This document shows, piece by piece, positions 1 to 12,080 of a DNA stretch of 64,000 nt. The stretch's first letter is position 1. Every line of letters begins with the position of its first letter. The translations under genes and the position numbers were made by a program. The DNA is from Magallana gigas (lineage: Eukaryota), in assembly GCF_963853765.1 (NCBI RefSeq), contig NC_088860.1, positions 26,660,001 to 26,724,000 on the forward strand, given 5' to 3'. Below the pieces are notes generated by a model. The model was not told the origin of the DNA and searched no databases. It saw only the letters and a list, made by a program, of their open reading frames with translations.

Positions 1-1330
1 TAATATTGACTATTTAAAGAAATAAACTTATGAAATCTACTTTATACCAGCATTCTTTTCGGGAGGATATTGACAAAATAACTTATAATTTTAAGTTAAC
101 AATTTAATTTAAATTTGTGAATGTGAATTAAATCATTGTTTATTCATTGAGAGCTTCAAATGTATATCTCTTGTTAAAAGGTCTTTATATAAACCTTAAA
201 AAAAATCTATAATTTTGTTAGTTTGTTGGAGGGTTTTCACCAGTACAACCAACTAAAAATTAGAATTCATCAGCAAAAGTTAAGAAAATAAAGTTATTTA
301 CTGGAAAATATATGATACTACATGTACCTGTATAACTTCAGACTTTTAGACGGCAACATTTTGAATTCTAGCTGTTGTTGTAGGATTTGATCTATGATTA
401 AATCTTTGGAATTCAATCCTTCATTGAATTTTGAATCCTGAGAAGAATGTTAATTATATTTTTCATTATCATGTTTAAGTATAATCTATAAATTACAGCA
501 AAAAAGAGAACTAGATATGGTGAGCTATATGTATTTGTGAATTTGTACAATACGTGTGTGCCAGTGAATCGTCTAGAGAATCGTAGAAATGATGTAGCCA
601 GAATCTTATAACAAGAATTTACAAATCTAAATATGTGTTTGAATGTTGATTTGGACCATTAAAAATCTGACAAGGCTGTGTCTTTAGAGGGATGTACCAA
701 TGTGATTTAAATTGTCTTTTTTTATTTGTTCATTATGTATTCGGAAGTCCCAGAAATATTGCAAGAATTTATGATCGCACAGAATTTGATGTAGCTTAAT
801 GATGAATACTTCAGTTAAAAAAAGAGGAAAAATACAACCTTCTGTTTATTCAAATGTATATTATATTAAAAAAATGTGCCAGAATCACAGTTTTAAATAG
901 TTAACTATCAAAAAAGACTAGTTCATCAAATTTGTTGTAAACAGATGTTTTGAGTGCTTGCAGTTTGATCGAATCCATGCATCTTAATTGATAAAAAGAA
1001 AAACTCAGTTAAATTATTTTGAATTATTTAAGAATGGATGAAATACTTTCCTTTTCTTTCAAATGTGTTGTTAAATGAGACTTGGCACTGCAAAGCCAAC
1101 TGACGTTCATGTTAATATAATTAACCAATTAATTAAATGATAACAATTAACAATCAACCTTACAAAATATGCTGGAGGACTGGCCTGTGTTCAAGTTTAC
1201 AATTAGTTTGACAAACAGATTAATAAACTTAATAAAAGTGGTGCTCAGTCAAAATCAGTACTGCTTTATAAAGGAGGCTGGGTACTCAACAAATTAACCA
1301 TCGATATCAGATCTACCTTAAATATTCAGA

Positions 1331-1554
1331 TACCGTATATCCGGTAAAGTTCGCGATGATCTAATTTTTGCTTTTTTTGCAATCTCTTTTAAATCGCAAA
1401 TAATTGAATACGCAGAAATTATATATATTCTGTGTCATTTTCTACAACAAACTTTTTTAATTGCAAAAAATGACTAATGCAAATTAAAAAGGCTACAAAT
1501 TTTTCCCCATTTTCGCAAATTTTGTGACACGCAAAAAGAAACGGATATACGGTA
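1331..1554. mobile_element. TA-flanked MITE (~220 bp)
   Basis: Perfect 13-bp terminal inverted repeat taccgtatatccg...cggatatacggta. Confidence 0.85.
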
Positions 1555-2043
1555 TGGTTTTTAAGCTATAAACTATATTAAAGAAGATTTCTTTACCATT
1601 CAGCTGTAAAATTTCAACATTTTCCTGTTATCCTTATACAGAGCTCTTCTTCCCAAGGAGAGTAAAATAGTCTAAAAATGGCCACAACCATCAAACCCTC
1701 TTAAATTAATATGTATTTGACATCATGTGTCATATTGCTCAATTCAGATGCAGTGTTTATTTTTTTTAAATGCAGCTTTATAACTAATCAACATAATTTT
1801 ATGATCTGTTTTAGAATTGTGGTACATTAAAGGCATGACTATAAATGGGTCATTGTGGAATCAACATTCGATCAGCTTAATTCTGTTCTGTTCACAACTT
1901 TAAGCACATGCAATGTTTTTAATTTATTGCACCAATTTTTACTTTGCTTTAATTGAAAAATATATTAACTACAAGATGTAACACTCATGTTAACAAAGTT
2001 TTCTCTATTAATTGATCATTTTTTTCCCCTGATTGATTAAAAG

Positions 2044-5000
2044 CTGATGAAGTGAGGGATATGATTTTGGAAGGTGGAGCAGACTGCGTACTTCTCCACA
2101 AAAAGGGCCTTTATGTGGCTGGTCAAGTAAGTAGTACTGTAGATTTCATACTTTACGCAAGTACTAAATTCTGCGATTTTGTCGTTTTGTGTCATATTGC
2201 AAGAATGTATAATTGCGAGCGTTGAAATTAAAAGGGGGGGGGGGGGTTATAAAATCTGTAGGAGTTGATTGCTTGTCGTGATTAGATGAGGATAAATGTT
2301 CCTCACATTTTATTATGAATTTACAGATGGTATTTACATCATCTTTTAAGTGTAAGAATTATCAATCATTATGGAAGATCATTACATTGTACATCTATGC
2401 TAGGCAAGTTAGATTAAAGATTAACTCCTTTGCTCTCTCTTGGAGGAGAAGAGAAATAGCATTAATCCATGGCTAGCAAAGATATACATTTCGTCAAAAC
2501 CATTTTTTTTTTGGATGATGAGAAATCTATATAGTATAATCATGATCACTTTTCTTTTGACATAGGATGGCATTCTGAGGCTTATTGACTTGAAATCGGA
2601 GGAATTCAAACTCTTGGAGCAGATTCCCATTGGAAATCCAGTAACATCCATGGCATTCTCTCCAAATTACAGACATTTATCTCTGGCAACTGGCAAGGTG
2701 AGTTAATAGATAAAACAAATAAACGTACAATGTGGTGGGTGTATGATTTCTGTAATGCTATTTAATGATAACTGTTCCTTTTTTGTTTTCCGACAGGGAA
2801 CCCTCCATGTCTATGATATTGGGTCACCCCCCGATTCTGTCAAAACCGTGAAGAACATCCACTGGGGCAACGTTGTGGGCGTGTCATGTTTGGCGGGAAA
2901 TGAATACTGTGTGGTAGGCCATTATACTGCTCATTGCTAAGTTAATGGTATATATATGTTGCTTGTGCATCTACATACATTTTAAATGTATTTTGAAATA
3001 TACAGCTCAGTTTCACCAAAGGTACATATTGTAACAATACAGTGTAAATATGTGAGTGTATGATACCCTAAAAAATATTTGTCATAATTATGCCAGCGAT
3101 TTTAGATGAAAAATGGACAAATTAAAGTAATAATGGATGTTAAAGTTTTAATATCCATACAATTTTTCCCATCCTGAAAATGATATTCTATTTTAAAATG
3201 CTGGGCTGCATTTTACAAAAGAACTTACGACAAAGTCGTAAATATTTACTGTCTTGTAAGATGATCTTTAGAGAACTAAATTGACATAAAACCATTTGTT
3301 TAAAAATACTTCAATTCCCATAATTATATTTTCCAGCCATAAGAATAATTCATTGATTAGTTGGTGACTAATTAGCATTCATTAATTTGGTCGTAAGTCG
3401 TAAGTTCTTTTGTAAAACGCCCTGAATCTTCTTATCCTTGTTAATCATAACTAAAATTGAATTCCATATTTTAGATTAAATGTTTCACTGCTGTCCATCA
3501 TATTTAACCTTTACTAGTACAGTACATGTAACAGCTGATGACTTTTTGACTTTTTACAGTCTGTGAGAGAGGACGGGGAACTTCAGGTGTGGACCATCGA
3601 CAAAGGTCTCCTGATCTCCTCAGTGTCTGTGGGCGTCCAGGTACGTATCACAATGAAATTGGGAAGAAAAAACCACAAATAAGTTCTCGTCAAATTAAAC
3701 TATAAGTTCTAGCTGTACTGTGCATGTTAACGCTGGTCTGTTGTCTGTAGGCCCTGTGTCTAGCTTGCTGCCCCATGGTGCATGTGGCTGCAGTGGGGAC
3801 CGTCAGTGGCCACGTTTACTATGTGGATCTGACCTTCCCGAAGAAACCTAGAGTTGTCAAGGCAATGCGAATGTACCAGGGGCCTGTTACACACCTCACG
3901 TAAGTTTTCAGTTTCAAGAAAAAAATAATTATGATTATCTTATCACTGATTATCTTCTGTAATTTGTAAAAAATGTAAACTGAATATATAAATTTGATTA
4001 CTGGTCTTTTTATCTGAAGATTCACCTTAAATTTATTTTTTACAATCATGTCATTTTTGGAAATGTGATTTTAAGATTTGATTCATTTAGATAATACACA
4101 AAATCCTAAAAATAATAGACTGTAGAAGAGAAAAAGAGATCGAATTCTCATTTTATGAACTGACCAGGTTTTTTATCATACATTTGATTGACAGGTACGA
4201 GTCAGATGGGAAATACTTGGTGAGTGGCTCAGATGATGGTCATGTGATCGTGGTCGACGGCCGCGCGTCTGTTAACTTCAAACCAGTGGGATACACTAGT
4301 GAGTCTCATGTCCCTGCAATTTGATACCAAACAGTTGGGCCATCCGGTATCAGTATGATTAATATGCAACCATGAAATTACATTACCACCATTAATATTG
4401 AACTTTTCCGTAAGTTTTAGAACATGATACTATAGACACGGATTCCTAGTTTGTTGAAGAAATTTTAATTTTCATTGTAGGAAGCAACTCTTTTGTCTAA
4501 AGATTTTAGCTTGATATAATAATAAATATGTGTTTGCCAACTTTATGACATAATTTGATTTGCTAGAGATCAATCAATGCATTTGAAATAACTTTGGAAA
4601 ATTTTTACCATTTTTATGTACAGTTCAATCCAGAGTTCCAAAAGTTTTAAGTATTTTCTTAACCCTGCAGCCATTCCTGGAGATATCCAGTCCATTGCTA
4701 CCTTCAGTTCAAACGGAGTGACCCGGATCGTGGTGACCTCCAACACGTCTGGAAACAAGAGGAACGGGGCAGACACTGTGTTATACTTCAGAGTTTCAGA
4801 GGAGATGATGAAAGGTTAGGTCTTAGTTGATTATTACATAAACATAGGCACAGACAGGTTGTTTTAAAGGAGATGATGAAAGGTTAGGTCTTAGTTCATT
4901 ATTAAATAAACATAGGCACAGACAGGTTGTTTTAGAGGAGATGATGAAAGGTTAGGTCTTAGTTCATTATTACATAAACATAGGCACAGACAGGTTGTTT

Positions 5001-8000
5001 TAGAGGAGATGATGAAAGGTTAGGTCTTAGTTCATTATTAAATAAACATAGGCACAGACAGGTTGTTTTAGAGGAGATGATGAAAGGTTAGGTCTTAGTT
5101 CATTATTACATAAACATAGGCACAGACAGGTTGTTTTAGAGGAGATGATGAAAGGTTAGGTCTTAGTTCATTATTAAATAAACATAGGCACAGACAGGTT
5201 GTTTTAGAGGAGATGATGAAAGGTTAGGTCTTAGTTCATTATTGAATAAACATAGGCACATAGAGATGATGAAAAGTTAGGTTTTTAGACATTGTGTAAT
5301 CATGGACTCAGAAGCTCAGATGTAGAGGATGTACCAGAGGAGTTGATTGATGACTGGTACTGATAGGTGTCAAGCCATGTTTAGTTATAGACTCATTTAA
5401 ATAAACGTATATTACATACATTATTTCTCTTCCTACAGATTTGAGAAGTCATGTCAACAGCCTGAAGTACGATTTTAAGGATGCCTCCATCAAAAGGATG
5501 ATCCTGAAGCTGCCTATACCAGGATTTGGTGCAGCTCTAGCTGAGGAGAGCTCTTTCTTCACCATGGGTCAGATGTCCAAGAAACTCTACCAGTTCTCTC
5601 TCCCCGAGGAGCCTCCCAAAAAGGTATGCTTGCAGTCTAGTTCAGTTGTATACTAAGGTTTTTAAATTTTCTTTTTTTTTGGGGGGGGGGGGGGGAGGGG
5701 GGGGATGAGATATTCCCAATGATATGTGGTGGATTATTATAAATTCATTCAAGTGTGAAATAATAGCTTCATTATGCCCCCTGCTTAAGGACTTTGGGGA
5801 TTTTTGTCATCTCTGTCTGAATTTCACCCTTTTTTATGACTCTCAGTCTACACAAATGTGGTACATGTATTTACTCCCGTAACACAAATCTTGTACGGTA
5901 ATATTTTTTTCAAGTACAGGTATATATGCATATAGTTTTTACATGCTCAAATTATTTGTTTTATAATGATGATAAGCCCTATATAACTCCTTCATGCATG
6001 CTACAAAAGAAATATAGCTGGTAAATTTATATCATTATATGGTCAGCTTAGTCATTGAGGAAGGTTTGAGTTTGGTGAAAGTATCAACTTACAGAGTCAT
6101 AGTTTTTTTCAAAACAAAAAGTGAAAGCAGTTAATCATGAAAAAGATTATCATGACAAATTTTCAATTAAAGTGGTTAAATAAACCTCAAAACTACAATT
6201 TCTGTACAAAGGTGGAGGTTGAAATCATAGATCATGGAGTCAAGAAGACAGTTTTGAAAGAGGTAGAAAATACTGAATGTATCAGGACTAATGTTACATT
6301 TAAAACTTGGCACAATGTTTGGTCTTCCCTGTTCCCTCAATTTCACTCATAATTTATCCTTAATCCCCAAGCCACTTTCACAATGTTGTACATGTCACAG
6401 ACACATTAATTTAAAGTGGAAGCTGCGCATGCCCTGTAATAATCCTTATATAGGGCACCTGTAAACTCACCATTTAAGTATTACAAACTCACAACAAAAT
6501 GACAATTGGGTCAAAATCTAGGATGTATTTGGTGGTACATTGTAGTCAGTTAGGTCTATTAATTATATATACTTTCATTATGATTATTATATATTCTAAG
6601 AGCTTGACAACAAACTATGATAATTAGCAAAATTTGACACTTTATATCATTTCGTAAATAATACACCAGGCTTGGAAAAATATTTATTGCAGGCGTGCAC
6701 ACATATTCCTTATTATATATCACTCTTGTTTTAAAGGTATGCGGATCTTATTTAAATGTATTCACATTTTTTGAAATATTTTCGTATCATATGCTTTGAA
6801 CTGAATTTATAGGAGGAGCATCATTTGCACTTTCATATGGTTTGTAACACTTTAAAAACGAGTGCTGCCATTTGTTCCCATATTTTACAAAGCTTTACGT
6901 TTATCGTATATTTCAAGCAGTCCAGCCAGTTTGACGTTTGTTTTGCCACATACCCACCTAGTGTTACACTATATAGTTGTGTTGGATTGTTGCTATTGCC
7001 AGAAAATTTTGCAGGCTTTCACCAAAGGACAAAAAAAATTGTTTAATTTAGTTTTTTATAGATTTTATGTACCAGTATATTTAAAATAACACTGATCAGA
7101 AGAAATGTAATGATTTATACATGTAAAGATAGACTTTATGCATTTAAAAAAATGCATGCAAACTTTGTTGAATATTGTGTTCTGGTGTAGAATAGCATTG
7201 AAGGCATATAAAGAAAGCAATTAAGTTATTACATGTATTTATCTCACAGTTAATTAAGATAAATCAAGATTTACATATATTCTGTTTATTCAAATATACT
7301 TCCTGATTCCCATATTAATTATTTGTATCCTAATCATCAATTAGCATGTTCAATTTGTTAAGATTAGTGTGATAAAACCATTGAAGCAAAAAACACAAAA
7401 AAATTAAACTAAGGCAACCTCTTGAAAATTTTGGTTGGAGCATAAAGAAGTTGTGAAGAAAAATGATTCGTTAATTTAATTTAAACCTTGAATTTGATTG
7501 GTTGCTACACTAGTCAGATGATGATGATGCAATCCTGGAGGTAGATGAGGAGGAACTTGTAGATAGTGAGACTCTGTTGGCAAGGGTAAGACTGGAAAAG
7601 CTGCAGCTTCAACAAATATAACTGCTTATACTGTGCATTAATATAAGGAATGTAGACGGTCAAACTCTTTGTTGCTGGGAAAAAAAAGTTAACACTGATA
7701 AACTTGACAAAATTAATTTAGCTAGATTATCTTCCTGTGACAGTGAGGATGAATATATAATTATATGAAACTCAAATCTCCATTCTGCAGTACTTATATT
7801 AACAATTAAGGGATTCTATTGAGATTAATTATTGTTACTTTAATTTTAATGAGAAAAAAGACTTATCTAATATATTTCCTCTTTATGGTGGTTTTACAGC
7901 ATTTCTTCTAATATTTTGTATACAGAAAAAACAAGCTTATGATTTTTCTTCAATTCTTGGGAATTCTTCAAATGAATTGGCTGATTAGGATCATGGCCGC

Positions 8001-11000
8001 TCTTATGTTTTGACTGACTTTCATTACAGTAACTTCTTACTAATGTGGAAATTAAGAAAGATCAATTCAAATAATTTTGAAATTGTGTTGGATATATATA
8101 ATCCAGAATATGCTTGATAAATTAAACACTTTTAATCTCACACAACTATATAATCAGGTTGAATTTGTTACCTAAATACCTTGTCATACTAACAGCTAAG
8201 TCCGAGTGAGAACTGTTTGAAAATTTCGTGTTCACCAATTTTCAAATTTACTGATTTCTTTTTAATATTTTAGATAATAAAATTTAAGATAGAGTGTGTA
8301 ATAGAAAAAAAATTCAGAACATTAAAATAAAAAGAGAAGAAGAAATATGGAGCTATATTCTAATTATTCATTCATTCAAATACAACATTTTCAGGGAAAG
8401 CCAAATGAACTATTTCCTGAGGCAGAATTTGAATCTCACCAGCTTCCAGGGGGAAAATTGCAGTTATCTCCCCATGGCAAATGGCTGGCTAGTTGTGGCA
8501 CAGATGGAGCTGTACAACTTAGAGCAATGGGAACATTGGTATGCATTTATTCATTTATATATTTAAGAAATATTACTTGAAGTTATACAATAAAGGATAA
8601 AATCCTCCCCCTCTTTTGTGGATATCGATAAAAGTATGATATACTTTTTAACCTACACAGGACAGGTTTGTGGTTATTAATCCCCATGACTACCACCTGG
8701 GTGGAGTCAAGATCGTGGCATTCGCTGAAGACGCCCAGAACTTATTTACTACAGGATATGACGGTGTCCTTTGCTGCTACTCCTGGAAGTAAGTTTAATT
8801 AACTCACATGAATCGATTTCTAAAATCTAAGTTCAAGTGGAGATATAATGTGGATATAAGTAAAATATGAGTGGTTTTTAATTTTGTTAATGAAAACTCA
8901 CACTGATATTGTCTGTGAAATTTTCTTGGATTGGATGGATATAACAAGATGATTAAGCTAAATGACAAATTATACATGTATCAAAAATTTATAGAACAGA
9001 GATTATTGAAACATTTTCATAACTTTCAGCTTCACCTCCACTGGAATCGGGAAAGCCAAATCAGCCATGGAAGCTGCCAGGGCTCGCAAATCCAGGCTGA
9101 TGCAGATACAGAAAGATGAGGATGAGGTGGTGAGGAATTACCCAGAATTCTCAGCACCATCTGCCTCAAGACCAGTCTCAGGGGAAACAACTCAGGCTGA
9201 AAAGGTAAAACAGAATTATAATGCCAGATGCCAGATTTACAAATAACAAATAAAGAAATACATGATAATTAATCTTCATATTCAGGAATACTGCCCCTTA
9301 TGCATTTGACTCTTCCATCTAAATAAAGTGAGTAATTAAAACATTATCAGGTACTTGAGCAGTATTCGTTGCTGCTATAAAACACAAGCATATGAATAGA
9401 CTAGTATTTTTTGACAGCAGATTTATTTAGTAGGTAAAAATTTAGTATTTAGCATGTAAGATGAAGTGAGGATGATGAACACTCTGTGATGACGGAGCAT
9501 GGAGCATGAGCGACTAGTAAACATTGGACGCAAAATTATGAACAAATTTTTACAAAAGCATCATAAGCAATTAAGTTTAGTGCATAATGCTTGTGTTATG
9601 TCTGCAGGAGAAAAAAGCAATGGAGAAAGCCCATGAGAGTGATGAGATATACCGTACTCCCACACCAGTAGCCCCTAATGATGCCACCTGGCAGCAAGTT
9701 CAGGAGTTAGAGGTAAGGCCCACAACTCTGCATCTGTTACAATTTCTACTCCAGATTGATAGACAATAATAGTTGTAATAAGCATATGGAAACAATCCAC
9801 TCTTTAACTTTTGCTTTAATTTCAGTCAATTAAAGAAGAAGACAATGAGTATGCAAGTGTGAAAACTGATCTCAGGGTCCAGATTCGAGACATGAGAAGA
9901 ACTGTGAGTTTTTAATACACAGGTTTTTGGTTTTTTTTTCACAGAAGTCTAAATTGATTTAATAGGGTTTCCTAAGAATTTTTATCCTAAAGCAACAGAA
10001 TGGTTACCATGTTTATTACATTAAAAATGCTGTGAATTGTTGAAATCTTCTACAGGGTTTAGTTTGTAATAATAGTTAGAGAAGTTACAATACCGTAATT
10101 AAAGTTCTGTGAAAGGAATATCAAATACTGATTAATTCATAAAGTTGTTACATTTTTTGTACATGGAATACTTTAATCATTTTCTCCTCTTAGATCCAAG
10201 GGATGTTGAAGCAAAATGAGACTTTACCTGATATTGAGAAACTAGGTCGTCATGAGTTTGACCTTGACATTGAAGAGCAAAACCGCCTGCAGGCTGAGGC
10301 TGATGCTGAGGTCACCAGGGTAAGTGGTNNNNNNNNNNNNNNNNNNNNNNNNNNNNNNNNNNNNNNNNNNNNNNNNNNNNNNNNNNNNNNNNNNNNNNNN
10401 NNNNNNNNNNNNNNNNNNNNNNNNNNNNNNNNNNNNNNNNNNNNNNNNNNNNNNNNNNNNNNNNNNNNNTATTGGAGGGGGTGTTATTCAGGATTTGTTT
10501 TTAAAAAATTGTTTTTGTTTTCAGGTTAGGGAAGAAATAGAATTTGAGAACCTGGCCAAGATTTATTTACGTGAAATGATCAAAAGGGAATGCTGGGATG
10601 AAATGGATGTTAAGGGCCGGGCTCTTCAGGTAAGTCTTATCACACAACACAATTAAATGTCTTCATGCAACAATAATTATTCCTTATCGTAAATTGATTG
10701 ACATACAATGCAATTGCACTTTTCAATTAAAAAGTTCATTTGAGTTGATCAAATCATAAAAAATCAAAAACTCATCAATTTTCTTTTTTAAATGTCATCT
10801 TAGTGGAAATGTCTCTATGGAGAATTAAGGGTAGTAATATTAGGTGAAGAGTAATTCTGACTTAAGTTGATTAAATCCTTCTTTGTGGTATGAAGGCACA
10901 TAAGGCTGGTGCTTATCCTGGTTTCTGTGGAGCAAAGCTGATTAAAGCCCATGACTCCCCTGGATGGGACACTAGTCCATCGCAGGTTAACTCCAACTCT

Positions 11001-12023
11001 AAGTCAGTACCAAATTTCAGCTGGTAGGACCGAGATAATCTAGATAAAGTGCCTCGTCTAAGTGCACAGCACAACATCAAGTGACCAGAACAGGGTTTGA
11101 ACCAGCGACCTTTTGGTTACTGGCCTAATGCCTATTAGCAACACTGAGCCATGTGCTCCACAACTCCACAAATCTGATTTATCATGTAATAAATTTCCAA
11201 GATATCGCACAGCAAACTTTCGTACCTCTAAGGAGGACATAACAGCATACATGTATTTAGTTATTACACGTACATATCTATGAGATATGAAACCAGTGAT
11301 GATATAAAACCAGTAATTTTAAAATTGGCTTTTAAACAATTTTATAATTAACAAACATGATCTGATATCTGACTATTGATTGCAGTCGTTCTTTACAACC
11401 CTGGAAGTCAGTAACTTTCCAATGAGGAAGCGGTCAGTGGCCGCAGAGAAGCAATTGCAAGTGGTGACCACCCGCCGTAAGATTGAACTGGCCGATATAG
11501 CGGTAAGCTTTCATCAATTACACTCCTTTATTTAAAATAAAAATTTGAATCTTTGTATTCATTTTTTAGTGTGCATGTTTCATTCTGTTCTCTTTTAAAT
11601 ATCTTTGGTTTAAATTATATTTATTCTTTAAATGTATGGCTCACTCAATAGTAGCATATTGAAATTATGATAAAAGATGTATGTTTTGAAGAATGCTGAG
11701 ATATTTGAATAGTAAATCCTTAAACATTTTTTTTATTATTGCAAACTGCAAATTATTTCATCATGTATTGAAAATATATCATTATACCTCAGACTGGTGT
11801 ATTTTTTCTGAGTAAATTTACAACAAATAAACCTGCTTTTTTAAAACTATTTTGCGTTTGAAATTTTTGGTATAATAAACTTTTTTTTTCAGGCTCGTAA
11901 AGCAGAACTAGAAGCAACTCGGAAACCAGGGCTGACAACAGCTGTAAGTTTAACGTATACATGTGTGTATACTATATCTAAATAGACAACTATAACACTT
12001 GCAATTTTTTACCAATGTTATTG

Positions 12024-12080
<57 letters not shown>

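Noticed and set aside
1815-1850. ttag|aattgtggtac... candidate exon
   Set aside because: No donor in a phase compatible with 2044, and no recognisable homology.
2327-2404. ttacag|atggtattt... as a CFAP43 exon
   Set aside because: The translation is not WD40-like, and exons 2044-2126 and 2566-2697 already join as AGQ|DGILRL.
4799-5290. Regular repeat arrays as CRISPR-like loci
   Set aside because: The units are contiguous and near-identical with no unique spacers, the context is eukaryotic, and there are no cas genes.
5681-5704. Poly-G tracts (also 2233, 14055, 33385, 62642) as functional G4 elements
   Set aside because: Homopolymer runs are common in such assemblies and are error-prone; no specific context.
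11085-11159. tRNA gene on the minus strand
   Set aside because: A and B boxes are present, but there is no complete cloverleaf and the sequence continues into a SINE body.
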